Origin: an uncultured SAR86 cluster bacterium | Lineage (GTDB): Bacteria; Pseudomonadota; Gammaproteobacteria; Magnimaribacterales; AG-339-G14 | DNA length: 64,000 nucleotides | Assembly: GCA_902595715.1 (NCBI GenBank) | Contig: CACJRI010000004.1 | Location: 16,373 to 80,372, forward strand | Direction: 5' to 3' | Part shown: positions 58,926 to 64,000 of the stretch, piece by piece | How the letters are laid out: the number at the start of each line of letters is the position of its first letter | Numbering within the stretch: position 1 is the first letter of the stretch | The notes under the pieces: model-generated | Told to the model about the DNA's origin: nothing | Database searches by the model: none | The model's input: the letters and a program-made list of their open reading frames with translations, nothing else | Made by a program: the position numbers and the translations under genes

Positions 58926-60144
58926 ATTAGAGTATGCTTTAAATACTTTTTATTTATTAATCTCTGGAGCCTTCGTAATGTGGATGGCTGCAGGATTTAC
59001 CATGTTAGAAGCCGGTTTAGTTAGAGCTAAAAATGTATCAGAAATTGTTACAAAAAATTTAGGTCTTTACTCTATCGCATGTGTCATGTACCTAGTATGT
59101 GGCTTCTTTTTAATGTACCCAGGTGATAGCGTATACAACGCATACTTCCCTATGATTGGCAGTACTTGGGGTATGTCTTTAGATGGCTTAACTTTCAATA
59201 CCGATTTAGGTTATTCAGATGCTGCTGACTTTTTCTTTCAGGTAGTTTTCGTTGCAACAGCAATGTCAATTATCTCTGGAGCAGTTGCAGAAAGAATGAA
59301 ATTAATTCCATTTTTCTTATTTGCCATCGTCTTAACAGGCTTTATCTACCCAGTCCAAGGTTATTGGAAATGGGGTGGCGGTTGGTTAGACGCTATTGGC
59401 TATACTGATTTTGCAGGATCGGGTGTTGTCCACTTATGTGGTGCAGCTGCTGCTCTTGCTGCGGTAATTATTCTCGGTCCAAGATCTGGTAAATACGGTT
59501 CAGATGGATCCGTTAAAGTTATGAGAGGTTCAAACATTCCAATTGCAGCTTTAGGTGCACTAATCCTTTGGTTAGGTTGGTTCGGTTTCAACGGTGGTTC
59601 TCAATTAGCTGTCAACGATGCTGCAAATGCAAATGCTGTTGCTCAAGTCTTCCTAAACACAAATGCTGCTGCTGCAGGTGGTGTAATAGGTGCATTACTT
59701 ATAGCTAAAGTTCTCACCGGTAAAGCGGATGTAACAATGGCTATTAACGGTGCTATTGCAGGACTAGTTGCTATTACAGCGGCTCCTGACACTCCCTCAG
59801 GCGGATTAGCCACAATCATCGGATTTATTGGTGGAATAATTGTTTACTTCTCAGTGGTCTTTTTAGACACAGTTCTTAAAATTGACGACCCTGTTGGAGC
59901 AATTTCCGCTCACGGTACTGTTGGTATTTGGGGAATCATGGCGACACCACTGTCTGGTGCTGGAGCTTTTGGAACTCAAGCAATAGGAGCTATTTCAATC
60001 TTCCTTTGGGCTTTCATATGTACTGCAGGAACTTTGTTAGTGTTAAATGCGACCATAGGTCTAAGACCTTCAGAGGAAGAAGAAACTTCAGGACTAGATG
60101 CTTCAGAAATTGGAGTGGAGGCTTATCCTGAGTTTAAAGATTAA
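58918..60144 (+). CDS. amtB: Ammonium transporter
   Basis: M.AGF.MLEAG.VR.KN, SGAVAER, DFAGS.VVH, LW.GWFGFNGGS, DDPVGAI..HG (twin His). Confidence 0.97.
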   Translation: MSELEYALNTFYLLISGAFVMWMAAGFTMLEAGLVRAKNVSEIVTKNLGLYSIACVMYLVCGFFLMYPGDSVYNAYFPMIGSTWGMSLDGLTFNTDLGYSDAADFFFQVVFVATAMSIISGAVAERMKLIPFFLFAIVLTGFIYPVQGYWKWGGGWLDAIGYTDFAGSGVVHLCGAAAALAAVIILGPRSGKYGSDGSVKVMRGSNIPIAALGALILWLGWFGFNGGSQLAVNDAANANAVAQVFLNTNAAAAGGVIGALLIAKVLTGKADVTMAINGAIAGLVAITAAPDTPSGGLATIIGFIGGIIVYFSVVFLDTVLKIDDPVGAISAHGTVGIWGIMATPLSGAGAFGTQAIGAISIFLWAFICTAGTLLVLNATIGLRPSEEEETSGLDASEIGVEAYPEFKD

Positions 60145-60162
60145 TTAATTATCCTCCCCCCT

Positions 60163-60195
60163 AAAAGCAGGTAAGGAAACTTACCTGCTTTTTTT
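60163..60195 (+). terminator. Intrinsic terminator after amtB
   Basis: AAAAGCAGGTAAG-GAAA-CTTACCTGCTTTTTTT. Confidence 0.92.
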
Positions 60196-60207
60196 ATATA
60201 ATTTCTC

Positions 60208-62214
60208 ATGCCTTTTTTTCTCTTTTTATTATTACTCTTTCCTAGTTTTTCTTTTCTTACTGAGACTAACGAAGAACTAACTGTCTCTACCAATCAAAAT
60301 TGGAATTTTAAACCCTCCTCAGAGACCATTTCATCTGATGAAATTAGATTTTTAAACATTTCTCACAACAAAGAACTTTTTAATTTATCAGCCGGTAGTT
60401 GGATTAGTAGAGGATCAGGCCAAGAAAGTTTAATTTCTTTAAGATCTCCAGTATTAACCGGTTCGGGTGCCTGTGGATCTTTCTTGATTTTAGAGGATGG
60501 TTTGCCAATCAGACCTGCTGGATTCTGTAATGTAAATAATCTCTTTGAAGTCTCTACAAACTTATCTTCTAAGGTTGAAATTTTAAAAGGCCCATCCAGC
60601 GCAAGATTTGGCGGCAATGCTTTACATGGGGCAATAAATTTTCAATCTCTTGAGATTGATGCAGATAATTACCTAAAGACAGAAGTAAATGACGATGAGT
60701 CTTTCAAAGCATCTTTTCAATATCAGGAAGCAACCGATTGGTCTTTGGGAATTTCCTTAGATAGAGATCAAGGATTCAGAGATTCTAGTGGTTTTGACCA
60801 ACAAAAATTGGCTTTTAAGTCAAAAAATAACCTCAAGAACTGGCAAGCCACAACATATTTGAATTTAACTAACATCAATCAAGAAACAGCAGGGTATATC
60901 AGTTCTTATAAATCGAACTTAAGATTTACGAATGCCAATCCAGAAGCGTATCGTGATGCTAAGTCATTTCGCTTAAATTCTCTTTTAATCCAAAATAAAG
61001 ATAACTTTGAATTTCAGTTAAGACCTTACCTGAGATACAGCAAGATGGACTTCATCCAGCATTATCTTCCTGGAAAGCCCATAGAAAAAAACAGTCAAAC
61101 CAGTTCGGGTTTGAATTTTTTAGTGAATCTGAAACGCTTTCCTAAGCACAAGCTATCATTTGGGGCTAATTTTGAGATAGCCGATGTTCAATTAGAAGAA
61201 TTTCAACCAAACCAACTTACAAACAGCTCAGCTTTCAATAATGCAACAAGGCCTCAAGGTTTACACTATGATTTTGAAGTAAATACCAATTTATATGCTG
61301 CATTTTTGACTCATGAATTTTTAACTGATGATGATTTTAAAATATTCTCTAATTTTAGAGTCGAAAGACTAAGCTATAATTACGATAATCTCATGCTTGA
61401 CGGCAGAACCAGATCTGACGGCTCTGAATGCGGATTTGGGGGTTGCTATTATTCAAGACCAGCCGATAGCAATATTTCTTTTGCTGATAACTCTTTTAGG
61501 TTTGGCTTTTCCAAACAAATTTTGGCAAATGAATTTTTCCTACAATTTAGTAAAGGTTTTCGACCACCTCAAATAAATGAGCTTTTCCGATTGCAAAAAG
61601 CCCAGACTTTAGCTGACTTAAATTCTGAAAAAATTGATTCTTTAGAATTTGGAATTCTTTCAACTGGGAATAAATTTATAAATAAATTTGTTCTTTTTTC
61701 TTCAAAGAAAAAGAATTACATCTTTAAAGATGCTGATGCAACAACTATAGCTGGAGGAAAATCAAAACACCAAGGTATTGAAATTTCTGGTTCTGTAGAT
61801 GCAATGCCTATGCTGAAGATTGAATATGCCTGGAGTATTGCAGAACATCTTTACGATTTTTCTTTATCCTCTATTGGAGTGCAAGAAGGCAATTTGATAG
61901 ATACCGCCCCTAGATTACAAGGGAGCTTATTTTTTAATATTTTTCCAATAGATAAACTTACCCTTCAAATTGAAGAAGAATACATGGGTAAGTATTTTTT
62001 GGATCCTGCAAACCAATATAGCTATCCGGGTCACTTTTTAACTAACATTAGAGGTTTCTATAATCTTACCTCAAAGCTTGATATCAACTTTAGCGTGCTG
62101 AATATTTTTGACAAGCGTTATGCTGAGAGAGCTGATTACTCATCCTTTTCTGGAGAAAGATATTTTCCAGGTCTTCCGATACAATGGCGTTTCGGGTTTA
62201 GTTATTCTTTCTAA
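60208..62214 (+). CDS. TonB-dependent outer-membrane receptor
   Basis: Signal peptide; plug motif EDG.PI...VEILKGP.S..FG.NA..GAIN; N.FDKRY; terminal FSYSF beta-signal. Confidence 0.9.
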   Translation: MPFFLFLLLLFPSFSFLTETNEELTVSTNQNWNFKPSSETISSDEIRFLNISHNKELFNLSAGSWISRGSGQESLISLRSPVLTGSGACGSFLILEDGLPIRPAGFCNVNNLFEVSTNLSSKVEILKGPSSARFGGNALHGAINFQSLEIDADNYLKTEVNDDESFKASFQYQEATDWSLGISLDRDQGFRDSSGFDQQKLAFKSKNNLKNWQATTYLNLTNINQETAGYISSYKSNLRFTNANPEAYRDAKSFRLNSLLIQNKDNFEFQLRPYLRYSKMDFIQHYLPGKPIEKNSQTSSGLNFLVNLKRFPKHKLSFGANFEIADVQLEEFQPNQLTNSSAFNNATRPQGLHYDFEVNTNLYAAFLTHEFLTDDDFKIFSNFRVERLSYNYDNLMLDGRTRSDGSECGFGGCYYSRPADSNISFADNSFRFGFSKQILANEFFLQFSKGFRPPQINELFRLQKAQTLADLNSEKIDSLEFGILSTGNKFINKFVLFSSKKKNYIFKDADATTIAGGKSKHQGIEISGSVDAMPMLKIEYAWSIAEHLYDFSLSSIGVQEGNLIDTAPRLQGSLFFNIFPIDKLTLQIEEEYMGKYFLDPANQYSYPGHFLTNIRGFYNLTSKLDINFSVLNIFDKRYAERADYSSFSGERYFPGLPIQWRFGFSYSF

Positions 62215-62240
62215 AATAACTTTAATCCCAAACTTTTAAT

Positions 62241-63614
62241 ATGCAAGAATCTACTGCTCGTACAGATATTGACGAAGAATCAACAGAAAAAGTTGCTAGT
62301 CCTGAGACACTTTCGGTTTGGGGGCTTGCATGGCCTTCGATATTAGCAAATGTTTTATTTGCCTCAGTTGGAGTAGTGGCCTTAAAAGCTGTAGGTAACT
62401 TAGGTACAGATGCAGTTGCCGCAGTAGGTACAGGTGGTCGAATCTTTTTTGTCATTCAATCCATAATGATGGCAATTTCAACAGGAACCACCGCACTGGT
62501 TGCAAGAGCTTATGGAGCAAGACGATATCAAGAAGCAAGCCAAGTCTTATATGATTCAATTCTAATAAGTATCTTTTTAAGTTTTATTTCTATCTTTGTT
62601 ATTTGGGTAGCTGGTGAAGATTTAATGAGCCTTTTTGGTTTGGAGTCAGAGGCGAAAAATTTAGCTGTTGATTATTTAAAAGTTTTAATCTTATTTGCTC
62701 CAGCTTTTGGCGTTTCAATTGTTCAAGGTGCTGCAATTAGAGCTGCAGGAGATGTGAAGACACCTCTTTACTTGGGTTTAATTCAAAACGTAATAAATAT
62801 TTTCCTTTTAATAGGATTGGTAAACGGACGATTTGGCTTTCCTGAACTTGGTGTCGTCGGAGCAGCATATGCTGGAGGCATATCTTTTGCTATCGGCACA
62901 ATATTAGGGATTTTAGTGTGGATTTTTAGGGTCATTACTATTCCTTTACCAAATCTTTCCAGCTTTTCTTTTTCTAGGTTTAGAGAATTGATCCATGTAT
63001 CTACGCCAGCTGGACTAGAACAGGGAGTGTTTCAATTAGGCCTTCTACTTTATTTTTGGATTATTTCCTTATATGGAAACGCACCTATTGCTGCTTACAA
63101 TGTTGGTATTAATATTCTGATGCTTTCTTTTATGGTTGGGCAAGGCTTTACTGTCGCTGGCGCAACTTTAACTGGACAGTTTATAGGCGCAGAAAATCCT
63201 AAAGAAGCTAAAAGAAGTGGTTGGCGTTCTGCAGGGCTAACTATGATTTCAATGGGAATTTTAGGAATTATTTTAGCTTTAGCATCTCGTCCTATCGCCA
63301 GTTTTTTTGTGGATGACCCTGAGGTCATTCGTTTGACAGTTTTATTCGTCTGGCTCCTAGGAATTATGCAGCCTTTGATGGCCTTGGAATTTGCTTTAGG
63401 CGGAGCTCTCCGAGGTGCAGGAGATACTAAATCTCCGTTATACATCATTACGATTAGCCTTATTTTCTTTAGGCTTACTTTCGCTGGACTTTTTGTTTGG
63501 CTGAATTTCCCAATTGAATACATTTTTGGGAGTTTAATAATCGACTATATTGTTAAAGGAATTCTCTTTACATATCGCTTTGAATCTGGTCGGTGGATAA
63601 AACTTAAAACCTAG
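62241..63614 (+). CDS. MATE family efflux transporter
   Basis: LAWP, LG..AVAAVG, RA.GD.KTP, ELG..GAA, LRGAGDT..P; about 12 TM. Confidence 0.92.
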   Translation: MQESTARTDIDEESTEKVASPETLSVWGLAWPSILANVLFASVGVVALKAVGNLGTDAVAAVGTGGRIFFVIQSIMMAISTGTTALVARAYGARRYQEASQVLYDSILISIFLSFISIFVIWVAGEDLMSLFGLESEAKNLAVDYLKVLILFAPAFGVSIVQGAAIRAAGDVKTPLYLGLIQNVINIFLLIGLVNGRFGFPELGVVGAAYAGGISFAIGTILGILVWIFRVITIPLPNLSSFSFSRFRELIHVSTPAGLEQGVFQLGLLLYFWIISLYGNAPIAAYNVGINILMLSFMVGQGFTVAGATLTGQFIGAENPKEAKRSGWRSAGLTMISMGILGIILALASRPIASFFVDDPEVIRLTVLFVWLLGIMQPLMALEFALGGALRGAGDTKSPLYIITISLIFFRLTFAGLFVWLNFPIEYIFGSLIIDYIVKGILFTYRFESGRWIKLKT

Positions 63615-63700
63615 AGTTTTTCAAAAAATCCGTATATTATCTAGAACATAACTCATTTAGGAGAGTTAATTTATAAATTAAATCACTTTTGGGAGGATTT

Positions 63701-64000
63701 ATGAGCTATTTAGCTACAAATGATTACGTAGGTATCTCGTTCTGGATTGCGACTGCTATTATGTTAGCGTCGACAGTATTCTTCTTTGTAGAAAGACAAG
63801 ACGTATCTGGTAAGTGGAGAACTTCTCTTACCGTTGCAGGTCTTGTTACTGGTATTGCTTTCTGGCATTACCTTTACATGAGAGGAATGTGGTCAGACAT
63901 GGGAGCTTCCCCTACGGTATTTAGATACATTGACTGGTTAATCACAGTGCCACTTCAAATCATTGAGTTTTACTTAATTGTTGCAGCTGTCACAGCGGTG
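63701..64000 (+). CDS. Proteorhodopsin, truncated by the window end; DTE proton pump with the blue-tuning Gln
   Basis: GGGAGG SD; MSYLATNDYVGISFW...FFFVER..V..KWRTSLTVAGLVTGIAFWHYLYMRG.W...SPTVFRYIDWLITVPLQIIEFYLI. Confidence 0.96.
   Translation, partial: MSYLATNDYVGISFWIATAIMLASTVFFFVERQDVSGKWRTSLTVAGLVTGIAFWHYLYMRGMWSDMGASPTVFRYIDWLITVPLQIIEFYLIVAAVTAV

Overview
AT-rich, densely packed chromosomal segment of a streamlined marine gammaproteobacterium. Gene order resembles a reduced Pseudomonas/E. coli core and the window ends in a proteorhodopsin, so a SAR86-like lineage is likely (inference). Most of it is housekeeping: groESL, rpsP-rimM-trmD-rplS-xerD-dsbC-alaC-hom-thrC-prfB (frameshift)-lysS, nrdAB, rpoE-rseA-mucD-lepAB-rnc-era-recO-acpS-adk-tsaB-uppP, yajC-secDF, suhB/trmJ, glnK-amtB and two tRNAs. 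I saw no transposase, prophage or CRISPR array. The main signals not explained by the ORF track are five. (1) A glnA-type (glutamine-I) riboswitch at 56541-56678(-) whose P3 arm encloses a second E-loop three-way junction; it precedes an unannotated 54-aa triple-YRG peptide about 2 kb from glnK-amtB. (2) Ribosomal protein S16 is fused in frame to a ~207-aa acidic amphipathic 29-aa repeat protein that has its own internal RBS and ATG. (3) An AT-rich intergenic DnaA-box cluster (36113-36147) with DARS/oriC-like geometry. (4) An lvaCAB-like 4-hydroxyacid catabolic cassette, followed by a three-gene orphan island whose large protein ends in a perfect Tat motif. (5) Clean absence of ffh, nadB, rseB, pdxJ and queA/tgt from otherwise conserved neighbourhoods. 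All calls come from reading the sequence by eye; no searches were run.
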